From contig CATNEN010000038.1 of assembly GCA_950097015.1 (NCBI GenBank), positions 3,472,001 through 3,536,000 of the forward strand: DNA of 64,000 bases, in the 5' to 3' direction. Below the pieces are notes generated by a model. That model was not told where the DNA came from, searched no databases, and saw nothing but the letters and a program-made list of their open reading frames with translations. The position numbers and the translations under genes were made by a program. This stretch comes from Macrostomum hystrix (taxonomy: Eukaryota; Animalia; Platyhelminthes). This document shows positions 13,047-26,673 of the stretch, piece by piece (position 1 is the first letter of the stretch; every line of letters begins with the position of its first letter).

Positions 13047-13804
13047 AGACCCCAGGCTTGGGTTTGAGGTTGGGGGGGGGAAGATTTTAAATGAGGATCT
13101 TGAGTATGGGAAGAGTAGTCTAAACTTCCGGAGTTGAGGTTTAGGAAAGGGACACTAAACACGAGGATTTCTGGGAGCGATAGATTATAACAGAATTTGA
13201 GCTTAGAGCAGGGAGACTAAACCCGACAAGCCGAAACATAAGGCATCAAACATAAGACGGTCCCATCTGAGTCAAATAGGACTGCGCTCAGAAAATATAA
13301 GTAGTCACCAAGTTTAATTAGTTTTAAATGAAATTTCTTTAACACACACAATGGCCAGAAATCACTGCGGGTCATGAAGATAGTACAATTCTTTTCGAAT
13401 TAAATTATCTATATTTCATTATTTAGTACTAGAGGAGCGCTTAGTTCTGTTCGAAAATTCGAAAATGCCTAAATACTGGGCGTCAAATAAAAATTCGTTA
13501 AAGTCTACATCTACAGCAGCTTTTCTGTTTAAAGATTTCAAGTACTAAGCACGCGGCCAAACAGCAGATGGCTAGGGTTTTCCAGAGGGAGAATATATAT
13601 AGAAAAAAGCTATCCAATTCTAAACAGTACATTGTAAGCTAAGGCTAGCGAAAACTAACAAAAATGGCGAGCTGGTGCTGAAGAAGACAGAAAATTCAAG
13701 GTTCATTAAGGATCTAAAATTCAGGCAGCCCACACCAGCAGTTGGTGTAGTTAATCAGACCAACTAGACCAACCACTCAACCAGCGCCACAGGGTCCAAG
13801 GAGA

Positions 13805-15829
13805 TCAGTAGCGCTCCTTGACGAACTTGACACCCTTGGCGATGTTCTGCTGCAGCTCGGGCATGGCGGATTGCAGCAGCTTGGCCTCAAACTCGGTCAG
13901 GTTGCCGAGGCCGAGGTTCTCTTCGACACCGTCGCGACCCAGCAGCAGCGGGGTGGCGAAGAACGGCGCTTCGGTCACCGTGGACTCGACAAAGGCGCAC
14001 TCGATGACGCCCCGCTTGCCATCGATGGCCTGCAGCACGGAGTCGACGAATTTTTCGGCGGCGAAGGCCATCGACAGGGTGGCGGAGCCAGCGCCGGCCT
14101 TGGCCTCCACAACCTCCGTGCCCGCGTTCTGGATGCGGGTGGTCAGAGTCTCCCGGTCCTGGGCCTTGAAGCTGACGCTGGGCACCGCCTGGCTGATCAC
14201 CGGGATGATCGTCACGCCGCTGTGGCCGCCGATCACCGGCACGTTCACCTGTCAGTGCGGGCAGGGGGACAGAGCCTAGATGTCTGCCTGTCCAGTGTGT
14301 CTGCCTGTCCAGTGTGTCTGTCTGCCTGTTCAGTGTGTCTGTCTGCCTGTCCAGTGTGTCTGTCTGCCTGTCCAGTGTGTCTGTCTGCCTGTCCAGTGTG
14401 TCTGTCTGCCTGTTCAGTGTGTCTGTCTGCCTGTCCAGTGTGTCTGTCTGCCTGTCCAGTGTGTCTGTCAGCCTGTCCAGTGTGTCTGTCTGCCTGTCCA
14501 GTGTGTCTGTCTGCCTGTCCACAGTGTCTGTCTGCCTGTCCACTGTGTCTGTGTGCCTGTTGTGGTGTCTATCTATCCTCACCTTGGTAACATCCAGTCC
14601 TTTAGCCTCGGCCACAAAGGTGTTGGAGCGCACAATGTCCAGAGTGGTGACGCCGAACAGTCGCCTGGGATCGTACACATTATGCTTCTTTAGAATCTCG
14701 GCGGCGATGGGCACGGTGGAGTTGACCGGATTGGTCACAATGCAGATCATGGCCTTCGGGCAGGTCTTGGCCACGGCTGTGATCAGGTCCGCCACAATGC
14801 CGGCGTTAGTGTTGAACAGGTCGTCTCGGGTCATGCCGGGCTTGCGGGGCACGCCGGCCGGGATGACAACCACGCGGCAGTCCTTCAGGCAGCTGGCCAG
14901 ATTGGCTGGGCCGTCAAAGCCGGTCACCTGGGCCTTGGTGGAGATGTGGCTGAGGTCGGCGGCCACGCCTTTCACTCCCTGCAGTGGAACCGCGCGATTT
15001 CGACGACAAGGTAGATATTTGATGGCTGTATGAACGAGCCTTAGCAGTAGAAAGACTATGGGGCCATTTCAAACACTCGCATCCTTCTTTTTACTGCATC
15101 TCCCAAAATATTCAGCCAAACGCCATGGAAATCCAGAACACGGGCTAACAGTTTCCACTCCATCCGATGAAACAATTTCCAGAATCACAGAACATCGGCA
15201 TCGTCGAGATATTCAACGATTCTCTTCGGAGTGTCTGGTGGCAAGAACCAACAGAAAAGGCATAATTTTTCTGCTCACAAAATTCCATCATGTAGCAATG
15301 TCGGCTATTTTGGATTGATTAAATTGTTTATTATTCCTCGTTAATGCATGAATCAATATCGATTCGCCACAGAGGTTCATACAGAGCAATGTTCGTTGTC
15401 CTTGTCATCAGGGTCTTTGACAAAAATCGCTGAATATCTCGACGATGCTGGCTTGAACGGCTTTGAAAGTTAGTTCATTGTAAAAAACGGAAAATTTTGA
15501 TCCATATGGTGGACTTTCACGAAAATCAGTCATTCGGTTTGGGAGCTATCGTGAAATAGGCAGTGGCTATTTGAAATACCTTTGTGGTCCTTCTACTGTT
15601 AGGGGTGAAAAATATTAGAATAATAATCGGCAGGTGAGAGGACTGTGTAAGTTACCTGGATATCGTACAGGGCCAGCTGGGACACCAGAGGCGACTGCTT
15701 CAGCAGCAGCGACAGAGGCTGCCCGATGCCGCCGCTGGCGCCAAGAACGGCCACCTTGGAGGCGAGGGAGCCGCTGGTGCTGAACTGGCGGCGGGCGATG
15801 GTTAGCAGGTTGAGGGTTCGGCTGGCCAT
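13805..15829 (-). CDS. MDH2: Mitochondrial malate dehydrogenase
   Basis: Exons 15829-15656, 14978-14583 and 14248-13805, phase 0. Transit peptide, [85 protein letters not shown]. Confidence 0.97.
14281..14558. repeat. 21-bp minisatellite TGTCTGTCTGCCTGTCCAGTG in MDH2 intron 2
   Basis: About 13 tandem copies. Confidence 0.95.
15044..15599. mobile_element. MITE with CAGTAGAA(A/G)GAC-type terminal inverted repeats and TA flanks (MDH2 intron 1)
   Basis: Left end TA|GCAGTAGAAAGACTAT; right end GTGGTCCTTCTACTGT|TA. Internal blocks (ATCCAGA.CAC, GTTGTCCTTG, AATCGCTGAATATCTCGACG) are shared with 44562-44979. Confidence 0.75.
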
Positions 15830-15979
15830 GACTGCTGCTGGATTGGAGGCGTTGAGCTAACGAGCTGCGCAGAGAGATTAGTGAGGCTGCTTTGATTAAA
15901 CGCAATCAGGAAACCCCACCGACAGAATTTTCCCAGATGTCCCAGATAACGAGTCTTCAGACTGAAAGCACTATCTTGT

Positions 15980-16230
15980 TCTCATCGCCCCCCGAAATTC
16001 CACCCCTCATTCCATCTACCTTTACAATCTACCACATCATTCTAATCCACCCTCAAGATTCCACCCCTCATTCTAATCCACCCTCAAGATTCCACCCCTC
16101 ATTCTAATCCACCCTCAAGATTCCACCCCTCATTCTAATCCACCCTCAAGATTCCACCCCTCATTCTAATCCACCCTCAAGATTCCACCCCTCATTCTTA
16201 TCCACCCTATTAATTCCATTCCCTCATCCT
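15980..16230. repeat. 31-bp minisatellite CCACCCTCAAGATTCCACCCCTCATTCTAAT
   Basis: Period 31 (16047 to 16078). Confidence 0.9.
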
Positions 16231-16756
16231 GTTAATCCATTCTTTTCATTCTAACCCTCTAACATTAGCTAATATTATTTGTACGGTAAAATTATTGTAA
16301 CAGAAAATACCTTTACTCATTGAAAAGAATTAACTAACTATGCTTAAATCTAATTTATTTGAAATATAATTTGTTGCCTAATTGTTCCAAAAGCTTAACA
16401 CTTCCCTCTCTGTTGGTGATAGTTTTCAGAAATAAATTTCACAAAAATATATGTGGTTAACCTTAATTACCACTACTGAATGCGCGAGAAAATGTTATTA
16501 AAATTAGTTAAATTTGTTTTTTCTTCAAAAAGATGAACGAGCGAACAATAATTTAACAAAAGAACGGACGTAGTTAAAATTGGAGCAACAGTCAGAAAAC
16601 CTATTTAGGAGAGCGAAGAGTTGTAAGTATGCTAAAAATCTTTTTGCTATCCACTGCAAAGTTAATTTCATTTCGAATATGAATTAGGCTTTGTTTTACT
16701 ACAATTTTTTTCATCTTTTTTGTTTTACATCAGCCAATGCCGGAGCCAATCAGCGT

Positions 16757-17269
<513 letters not shown>

Positions 17270-17333
17270 TTAAATTGAAAGTCTTAGATCACACTCTGGG
17301 ATCAGACAGATCTGAAAACTCATTCTAGTATAG

Positions 17334-17590
17334 GTGGGAGATCTGGGATCAGTGGGAGATTTGGGATCAGTGGGAGATCTGGGATCAGTGGGAGATTTGG
17401 GATCAGTGGAAGATTTGGGATTAGTAGGAGATCTGGGATCAGTGAGAGATCTGAAAACCCATTCTATAATCAGTGGGAGATTTGGGATCAGTGGAATATT
17501 TGGGATCAGTGGGGATCTGAAATTCCATTCTAGGATAAGTGGGAGATTTGAAAACAAGCAAAGAAGTTCTCCCAATAAGTGGGAGAATTG
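17334..17590. repeat. 18-bp minisatellite GTGGGAGAT(C/T)TGGGATCA with degenerate flanks
   Basis: Tandem copies at 17334-17450, decaying to about 17590. Confidence 0.85.
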
Positions 17591-18462
17591 GGATCAGTGC
17601 GAGATAAAAAAGTCACTCTTAAGATTCATGGAAGTTCTATAATTTCTACTTAAGAGACAGAATAAAATAAGAAAACATCACACAGTTTTGTTCAACTGAA
17701 AGTCAAAACAAGGAGCTAGCAGTAAAGGCAACGAATTCATATAAAAAATGTTATTCAGGATGTTTTGTTTTGAAAGTTGAGCTGACAGGCATAAACAAAT
17801 TTTCTCTGCAATTAAATAACAATTTATATGAAATTTCTGGTGTCTGAGATGGTGGTTGAACAGGCCACAGCAGCAGCAGTATCAGAGTATCAGTCTGAGT
17901 TGATTTATCTAACAACTAGAGTTTTATTACTGCTTCCGAGTCAATAGTTAACAATAAAAACATAATGAAAATCGAAAATCAATAATGAGTATGTGGCTCG
18001 CTTGAGATGGGTTAGCAGCAAGTAGTTTCCTGTATTTAGTTTAATGTTCAGTTGGCTTCAAGCAGTCCTTTGAAAGGCAAAAACTGTTTGGAGTGCGAAA
18101 AATTGTAATTTTTTTTTAAAGTTAGATTGAAAAGTTAGAACCAAACATGTGCTCAGCACTACTGAAAACTTCCCCTACATCCCCTACATAATGATTAATC
18201 CTATCCAAACTAGATGTACTTTAAACTTACAGTTCGTGTATACCATTTTTCTAACAATTTCTAACAAAAACAGACAATGATTCAAGACGTTATCAACTTC
18301 TAAATAAAAAATGGGACAAATCTTGACAACAAAAACAGGAAGGCTTTTGTAGTTAAGAAGCAATTTAAATATGAATAAATATAACAAGGCAAAGTCAATC
18401 CGGTGCAGAGCTAAAAGCTTAGGTTTAAAAGGTGGCCCAGATGCTGACTATGTTATCGTGAC

Positions 18463-21400
18463 TCAGCATTTTCCGTTGCTACCTGAGGCAGAAGGAGCGG
18501 CTGCCGCAGCCGTCTCGGCGGCAGCGGCTGTCTGGACTAATTTGATCAGCGGGAAATGCGGACTGACTGAGTAGTCTAGCTCGGCCGGATACTGGGGCCC
18601 CGAGCGGTGCCCAGCTGCCAATAGTTTAGTTACCACCATGTTGGTCTTTGCCACCTGCGTTAGTTATTTAGGAAAATTTAAGCATCTTTTTAGAATTCTT
18701 CTGGTGGGACAAGCATTTTTTAAGAATATTCGCAGCAGTTTAGAAATCCTTAAGAATATTCAGGGCAGTTCAGGGATCCTTTAATAATCATCAGGGCAGT
18801 TCAGGGATCCTTTAATAATCTTCAAGGCAGTTCAGGGATTTTATAAGAATCTTCAGGGCAGTTAAGGGTTTTTTTAGAATATTCAGTACAGTTTAGAAAT
18901 CCTGTAAGAATCTTCAGGGCAGTTAAGAGATTCTAAAAGAATTCTCAGGGCAGTTAAGATTTTAAAAGAATCTTCAGGGCAGTTAAGAGATTTTAAACGA
19001 ATCTTCAGGGCAGTTCAGGGATTTTAAAAGAATCTTCAGGGCAGTTAAGGGATTTTAAAAGAATCTTCAGGGCAGATCAGGGGTTTTATGAGAATCTTCA
19101 GGGCAGTTCAGGGGTTTAATAAGAATCTTCAGGGCAGTTCAGGGGTTTTATAAGAATCTTCAGGGCAGTTCAGGGGTTTTATAAGAATCTTCAGGGCGGT
19201 TCAGTGGTTTTATAAGAATCTTCAGGGCAGTTAAGGGATTTTAAAAGAATCTTCAGGGAGGTTCAGGGGTTTGATAAGAATCTTCAGGGCGGTTCAGGGG
19301 TTTAATAAGAATCTTCAGGGCAGTTCAGTGGTTTTATAAGAATCTTCAGGGAGGTTCAGGGGTTTAATAAGAATCTTCAGGGCGGTTCAGGGGTTTAATA
19401 AGAATCTTCAGTGCAGTTCAGGGGTTTTATAAGAATCTTCAGGGCGGTTCAGGGGTCTTTGGGAATCTTCAGGTCATTGTACTGATTGGCTAATTACTGG
19501 CACTGGCAGTAATGGTGTTTTAATAACAACAATTGTAATCACGACAAGCAGAGATCAGAAACAACGAACCTTCATGAAGGCATCTCCGTCCCAATCTTCA
19601 ATAACAATGGACGCATAGGTAGCTGCTGGTATTTTTGTTGTGTTGTTGGTGCTGCCGTTAGTAGCGGCATTAGCAACAGTTGCCAAGGCGTCGCGAGCTC
19701 GTTCGAATTCTCTAGTCGCCTCAGTGTAGACGTCGCCAGTTGTAGGCAGTTTCTGATTGGCTGATGAAGGCGGCAGGGCTGACGCAGCAGCATTGTGGTG
19801 CTCGGATGTGGCCGTCCTGTAGTTCCAGGCAGCCTTGAAGCTTGAGCAGCAATTGATGCTGAGCGGCAGGAATGGCCGCTGCATCAGAGGCTGGAAGCGG
19901 TGCTTAAAAGCGCTAGTCTCGCCAGCCGGATGCGGATTAGCCAATCGCAGTTTGCCATCGGAGTGCAGGGCGCAGAGGGCGTAGAAGGTGGCCGTGGCCA
20001 GATTGGTTGAAGCGCGAAGCATGTTCAAATGGTGCTGGTAAAGCTGCTGAATCTGCTGCTGATGCCGCATTTGCTGCTTATTGAGCTTTACATAATGCGG
20101 ATGATTCAACTGCTGCTGCTGCTGAATAGCCATGTCAGCCTGAATGATGCCCATGAGCAGGTAATAGAGATAGCCGTCTCCCAGCATAAAATACACAGCT
20201 GGCAGTTCGTGTTTGGCGTACAGCTGCAAACTAAAGCCAGACAGCAGGTAGAGGCGGCTTAGGCGGAACAGGTAGAAGGTCAGGTAGGGCAGAAACAATG
20301 AGCGCGATTCGTCGCCGGGAAAGATGGCCCGATCCAGGCAGTAGCAGCTCTCGTAAAGCGGCCAGAGGCAGTCCAAGCAGCTGGCCAGCTTCTCGCGCTT
20401 CCGGCTGCGATTGCGGCTAAACAGGGGACACACCTGGTGCAGCAGGGCGCGGCTGAGCTGCAGGCACAGACTGTCAGCCAGCTGGCGCGGCTGGCCCTGT
20501 GGAGTTTGTGCGATTTTGTAGCTTAGCAACCGGAGTCATGACTGACTAAACAGCTCTATGGTATGGTTATGACACACAGGTATAGGTCCTTTGGTTATTT
20601 TTAGCAGTACAGGCTAATGACTGTCATAAGAACCTACAAGGCCTACAATGGTCTATGACTGGACAGTTGGTCATATTTCACCGATGACCAATTTAAGAAT
20701 CTCCACGGCCCATGAATGGAATTAGTTTTTCTTGCCAACCCCCAAGGCCCAGTGAACACCTGTGTGTATGCCTGCGCCTGCGCACACTATCTGTGTGCGT
20801 GTGCACTCAGGAGTCAGCGGAATGGGCAGAATTGCCTCCTCGCTGGCTGCAGGTCTAGTGTCACCAAAATGGTGTGCCATTTCCAGCTGCCCTCCTGCCA
20901 TTGTTATCAGTATTATTAACCGATGAACAATTTAGGAATCTCTTGGGCCTATGACTGAATCTTTAAATTTAAAATATTAAAGCGTGCTTCTCGAACATCC
21001 TGCAGCCATCTTGACTCACCTGCAGCTGCCGAACAGATGCCGGCCAGTCGATGCCCGCAGCCGCGGGTGCGAATTGTTTCAACGAGGCCAGCAGAAAATC
21101 TACAGGCGAGTGCCGGCCAAACAGTCTAGCGCTGGCCAGGCTCAGGCCGAAGCCGTGCTGCTGCTGAACTGGGCAGCAATACAGCAGGCGAAGGAAGCAC
21201 CTGGCCAGGCAGGGAGTGTCGGAGCCCAGGCCGCAGCTCATAGCTAGGCGGGTGTACAACTGCTGATAGCTGGGACAGGCGGCGACAGTGATCTCCGATA
21301 GAAATCGGCGCAGGTGAGTCAGACACCTGCGGAATGGTTCAAGAAATCAGGAATAGAAATTAAGGTAAACTAGCTGATTATCCCCTTCCCTACCTTCGGG

Positions 21401-23062
21401 AAGCGCAGACGATTCTTTAATGATTATTTGGGGAGATGAGACAGCGGAGAGATGAGACAGGGAAAAGATGAAACAGGGGAAGATAAAACTGGATACTGTA
21501 TGTGTCAGAAGGGGCATAGGGCCGGATATGGGAGCTTCGAGGGCCATATCTGGCCCGCGGGCCGGAGTTTGCCGACCCCTGCTCCAAACAGAAATTTACC
21601 ATAAACCATAGAATATAGGGGAAATTCCCGTTGGTAGTTCTACTGATAAATAACAAAAAATGAAATTGCTATTGGTAAGGCTTGCTCACTTGGCCAAATA
21701 CTCAACACCAGCTGGCCGTTCGAATACTCGGACGCATCTAGGAAAAGAGGGCGGCAGCTGGCGCAGATTCGCCAAAGGTTCAAAGCCCTGCACACCGTAG
21801 GTGCTCAGGCGAGGATCCTCGCGCCCGATAGCCGGCTGCCCGGCCTCCAGACTCTCAGCGATGGCGGCGCAGGCGGTTGAGGCCACCTCAAGTTGGCGAC
21901 GAACTTCAGCGAGAGCTTCGACGGCAGCGGCTGTAGTCGCGTTCGAGTCGACCGAGTCCGACAGCAAAGAAGACGCAGACGATGCTGCCGACACCACTGG
22001 GGAAGTTTCGGCGGAGTCGGCAGTGCCGGAAGCCAGCAACAGGCGGTGGAACTGGCGCAGCAGGAGCAGCAGACTTCGCAACAGCCGCAAGCGATGCTGC
22101 ACTAGCCGGTAGCTGTCGGGCCACTGGCCGGATTTCACACGGCGGCCAACATCATCATCGGCCTCTTTCAATGCCGACGTGACTCTCTCGTCGTCTGATG
22201 CTTCAATAGTGGCCGTTTCAAAGCTATAAAACATCGAGTTAAAATCCTCTTCGTCTGTTGTATTGGCCAAAGTGATTAGATCTTTGGTCCGCTGTAGCAG
22301 GCAGAGTAGGCCGTGACAGAAGGTGCGCAGCTGAAGGCATTTGATTCTGCGATTTTTGTGGGAAAAGCTGTCGATTAAATCAACGCAACGTTAGAACCTA
22401 CGTAATCGTACATCTAGAAAATAGCAACAATACATTCGTTATCTACAAATTTACACTTGAGACATAGGCCCTCAGTCCAGATTTGAGACTTCAAGAAACT
22501 AGTTTATTCATCAGTAAGTGGATCTTCGTGAATCTATGAAGCCAATGTCACACCTGATTCAGAAGCTACTGGTTAGCTATCAGACTCAAGTATTCAGGAA
22601 GCCCCTTGTCAAAACCTAAAACAAGATTACAATTTTTACTCACTTATCAACGCAGTGCAGATACAAATTTATGAACACGGACTGCAGAGCTGATTCGCCA
22701 TCCAACCATGATGCCAGGCAGGCCAGACTCTCGTCCATAACGCCAAGCAGTTCGGCATCGGTAAGATTGTCCAGCTTCATCAGCTGACTACCAGCGCTTT
22801 TCTCTGGATGGAGAATTTCGCGATGCAGTCGCATGCCAGAGTCCATCTTAGGCTCCATCATCTCTATAGCTGTCATGGCATCATAGAGTGAGAAACTTTG
22901 ATGCTGCAAAAGTTCGCCTAGACGCAGGCACTTAGCAGCTGATTTGAATTGCTCAGTGATGTCTGCATAGTCAGATGGCAGCTTTGTACTCTGCTGACTG
23001 CAGTCCCCCAACTGCTGCTCAAACAGCTCCTGCTGTTCGCAGTCTTCAGAATTGCTGGTCAT
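18463..23062 (-). CDS. NAA35: N-alpha-acetyltransferase 35, NatC auxiliary subunit (Mak10)
   Basis: Exons 23062-22644, 22346-21690, 21326-21020, 20496-19570 and 18654-18463, phases compatible. Motifs DITEQF..LGELL..FSLYDAMTAIEMMEPKMDSGM, EEDF, GFEPLANLRQLPPSFPR, NRSRKREKL, VAKTNMVVTKLLAAGH..FPLIKLV. Confidence 0.92.
18750..19473. repeat. 31-bp minisatellite AAGAATCTTCAGGGCAGTTCAGGGGTTTTAT in the last NAA35 intron
   Basis: Period 31 (19121 to 19152), about 23 copies. Confidence 0.93.
20735..20900 (+). mobile_element. SINE 3' half (NAA35 intron 3)
   Basis: CAGGAGTCAGCGGAATGGGCAGAATTGCCTCCTCGCTGGCTGCAGGTCTAGTGTCACCAAA matches the other copies. Confidence 0.8.
21519..21581 (-). mobile_element. 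hAT (Charlie-type) transposon end fragment
   Basis: The minus strand reads CAGGGGTCGGCAAACTCCGGCCCGCGGGCCAGATATGGCCC, which resembles typical hAT/Charlie termini. No partner end was found. Confidence 0.55.
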
Positions 23063-23677
23063 GATGCCTAAAAGGTTTCAGTTGAGAAACTGCTAGCTAA
23101 CATTTTTTTAATTCTAAAGACAAAACCAAGCTAGCAATTGGATACTAGATAGGATGATGCCTAATGCCTTCCATTGTTTAAGAAATGTTTTTTGGATAGC
23201 TTTATGTTGCTTGCAATACGATATCTCAGTATGCCAGATGAGCTCCTCATTACTAGAGCTCAAAATAGATAAACTTATATAACAGACTACATAAGCCAAT
23301 AGGCCTAGGACTTCTTTTTTATCTGATTGAATTAAAGCTATAATTCAGTTATTGTTACATAAAATGTGGGTAAATTATGATATTATATATTATGAATTAT
23401 TGCATATTTAGTTTTGCTTGTCAAGGTCTGCTAAGTACACAAGGACCCACTCAAAAAAGTATCAAATGTACCAAACTACAGCATGTCATATGGGTGGAAT
23501 TTGTTTAAAGCTGAAGCAGTTTTGGGTCAAAATGGTTTTGGCCATATTTGCTTATGGCCAATCTTTACCCCCATTGGGTGCCTACACACCTAAATTATAA
23601 AACATCACATTTTGCTCATGTTTTGCATAGTCAACTAAGAGTAGAGTTAATATTTGTGTATATTGCTATCATTAAGA

Positions 23678-24600
23678 TAAGGAAGTGCTTATTCCCACAG
23701 TGCCGATAATTTCAATTTTATCCACATGGATCCATGCCGATAATTCTCTGCCTATCCACATCGCAGCTTATTTTGCCGATAACTTTTAGAACTAAAAGCA
23801 CATATTTTACAGTAACTATGTAGCAATTTTCATGTACTATATACAACTGACCATAAATGTTTTCCAGAACCTGCAGTAGTGCCTCTTTTAATTACAAGCA
23901 ATACACACGTTAAATTTAGAATAATCATTAATTTTGAATAATATGTAACATTGCTAACAATCACATGAGAAATTGCAAAAGATTTAGTAAGTTTTTATTA
24001 CAATAATTAAAAAGGATAATAAATGTCAGTTAATGAATGTGTAGGTCAAAATGTAGAACACTGTTGTAACACACTGGCAACTTTGTCAATCCATTGGCTC
24101 GAGGGTTCAACAAAATGTTCAACCCTGAAAGGGCCTCGTTTCAGACCTAGGTCTAGGATATATAGGATTCATACAACTACAAGCTGCCATGTGAATAAAC
24201 TGAAAATTATTGGCACAGATTTATGTGGATAAAATTGAAATTAATGGCACGGCATATATAAAGAGTTGTAGACCTATTCATACAAGCTGCCATGTGAATA
24301 AACAGAAAATTATTGGCACAGATTTATGTGGATAAAATTGAAATTAATGGCACGGCATATATAAAGAGTTGTAGACCTATTCATACAAGCTGTCGTGTGG
24401 ATAAGCAGAAAAGTATATGCACGGATCCATGTGGATAAAACTGAAATTTACGGCACAGCATTTATATAGAGTTGTAGACCTATTCATACAAGCTGCCATG
24501 TGGATAGGGCCTAAGCAGAAAATTATTGGCACAGATCCATGTGGATAAAATTGAAATTATCAGCATGGGACCATTGGTTGTGGGAATAAGCTCTGCCTTA
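23678..24600. mobile_element. Non-autonomous TIR element with subterminal 103-bp tandem repeats
   Basis: Inverted ends GCTTATTCCCACA (23687-23699) and TGTGGGAATAAGC (24579-24591). 103-bp units start at 24181, 24284, 24387 and 24490, with one inverted partial unit at about 23700-23770. Confidence 0.7.
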
Positions 24601-26198
24601 AGATAAATGCAATGTTAAGGAAAAATATACATATACACATTAGGCCTACACAAAAACATTCCATCATAATAATACGATAATAGCAGCAGCAAGGCCTAGT
24701 GACAGTTATATAAGCAAAGCAAAATAAGTAGGCCCTATTTTTAAGTATTTGCGGTAATGTTTAGTCAATAAATTAAATGAACAAGGCAGTATTGCTTTAA
24801 AAATGAGTCCTTGTAAAAGTCTGCTGTATAGTTTGTAAAAAAGTTTATGAGATCAACAAACTTAGAAGATATATTCATCAAATGATTATTTTTTATAAAA
24901 TAAATAGTTTAAATCAATATACAATTAAAAATTGGGATACTGAAAATGGATACAAAGATAGTTATTAACCTTTGGAGAAAAGAAGCGAACTCAAATGCAA
25001 TACTTCAAGACATTTTTACTTCTTTTTAAACAACATTAACGACTTAAGTGATTGGGCTTTGGGCTTTCCCTTTAAAAGATACAAAATGTACTTTAGTTAC
25101 ATAGAAACAGTTTAACTATAACTATCTGTTTGTTATTTTTCTTGAAATAGAAACTTTCAATTTTAAATTGCAATAGTGTTGCAATTTAACTCGACTTGTG
25201 GTTTAACGGACCGACAAGAAGGCCAACTAATTGAGATGTGACACTCGTAGCAATCTACGTTTTGTTAACTATTTATAAGTTTCTAAAAAATATTTTTAAC
25301 CTATATTTTAACGTCTAGTAGATATGTCTTGACACATGGACAATGTTAGGCCATTATCGTCTTAGCTATCGACTACAGTCGGCGGTCGACTCGAACAAAA
25401 TCTCCATAGCCAAGCCTATTTTGTATCGTCATATTATTGTAGTTACATTTTTGATAGTATGGCAAGTCTTCATATCAAATTTAGTTGGCTGTTTTACTGT
25501 TCCAAAGACGTAATAAAAAGAATTTGTCTTATTGAATCTGATTTGCTGAGCGAATTTAGCTCAACTTCACTTCACATCTGCTTCTGTAGGCCTATCTCCC
25601 AAAATATTCGACCAAAAATTGCTGCTTCTTCCAATAAAGTAACTAGAGAGTCTCAAACATTGGTATTGTAAAGATATTTCAGTATTTCATCAAAATGCAA
25701 TTTTATCATACAGTTCAATAATCCTGTATGATAAAATATCATACAGGATTTTTATCCTGTATGATATTGGACAGGATATCCAGCCAGGTCCTTCGATATT
25801 GAAATAAATGAATAAATTAAAGACCATAGAAAGGTCCACAAAAGCCACTAACCAAAATTGACATAATTATTGTACTGCACAAAAATATAATCAAGCTGAG
25901 ATCTTACTTAACATGTAGACAAAATGATTAGAATAGGTCCCTACCCTCCCTAGTATGATTTTCATTATTTTAGCTAGCCTATAGGCCTAACTATACTGTC
26001 TGGGTCTAGCATCTCTTAGTGTACAATTAATTGTATTTTTACTAAATATTTTTTTTAACTTGTTTGCCTAACTACCACAGTTTGTTATAGGTTAGCCTAG
26101 GTTAGGTCTTTCACCATATTTGTTTGCCTATTGTTTAGTTGTTGTCTTCCTATGATTTGCACAAATTTGTTTGCTCTTGATTAGCTAGGGGCCTACTT

Positions 26199-26673
26199 GG
26201 CAATGTTCTACTTCCATTTGTTATATTATTTTTCTGTTTGAAACGACAGATAACAACAAAAAACTAGTTTAACAGTAACAAAAAGTCAGTAGTATGGTCA
26301 CACAGTTCTGAAAAGTCTTGGTCAGTCTTTCTTCTTTCAAACCGGGTAATAGTGCCTAATCCAGTAGAAGAGGGCACCGAAGCTATTCTTGGGGTACAGA
26401 TGGCGCCATAAGAATTCTTTGAGGTGGCTTTCGAATAGAGCAGCACTCGTGTCATGCATTTGACGTAGCTTGGCCTTCGCAAAATCTTCAGCTGCAGAAT
26501 TTCTGTGCTTTAGCTTCATGTTCCCCCATATTTGCCAGATTTTGCCATAGACATAGATCCAAGTGTCAAGTCACGGCAAAGCCACGTCAGCACAACTTTT
26601 TCAAACTCAGAATCCACGTGTGGCACAAATACAAATGAAAAAATAATATAATGAACGGAAGTAGAACATTGCC
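26199..26673 (-). mobile_element. Merlin/IS1595-like deletion derivative
   Basis: About 42-bp imperfect TIRs starting GGCAATGTTCTACTTCC at both ends. An internal minus-strand remnant (26337-26519), RQMHDTSAALFESHLKEFLWRH..F...I...YP, resembles the C-terminus of Merlin/ISXO2-type transposases. No TSD is visible. Confidence 0.65.

Noticed and set aside
11443-13162. 461-aa and 565-aa Pro-rich ORFs
   Set aside because: They are translations of the 35-bp satellite, which lacks stops on the minus strand; the same peptide cycles through all frames.
13887-14975. 362-aa MDH ORF with a (DRQTDTL)n insert
   Set aside because: This is read-through into intron 2 (334 nt, not a multiple of 3); canonical splicing restores MDH2.
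20834-20847. HDV-like ribozyme in the SINE: GCCTCCTCGCTGGC is identical to HDV P3/L3, and GCCTGCG/TGCAGGT could form P1
   Set aside because: No GG for P1.1 follows the putative P1, and there is no good P2 or P4. The same bases form a better hairpin that is conserved in the LINE 3'UTR. A self-cleavage assay would settle it.
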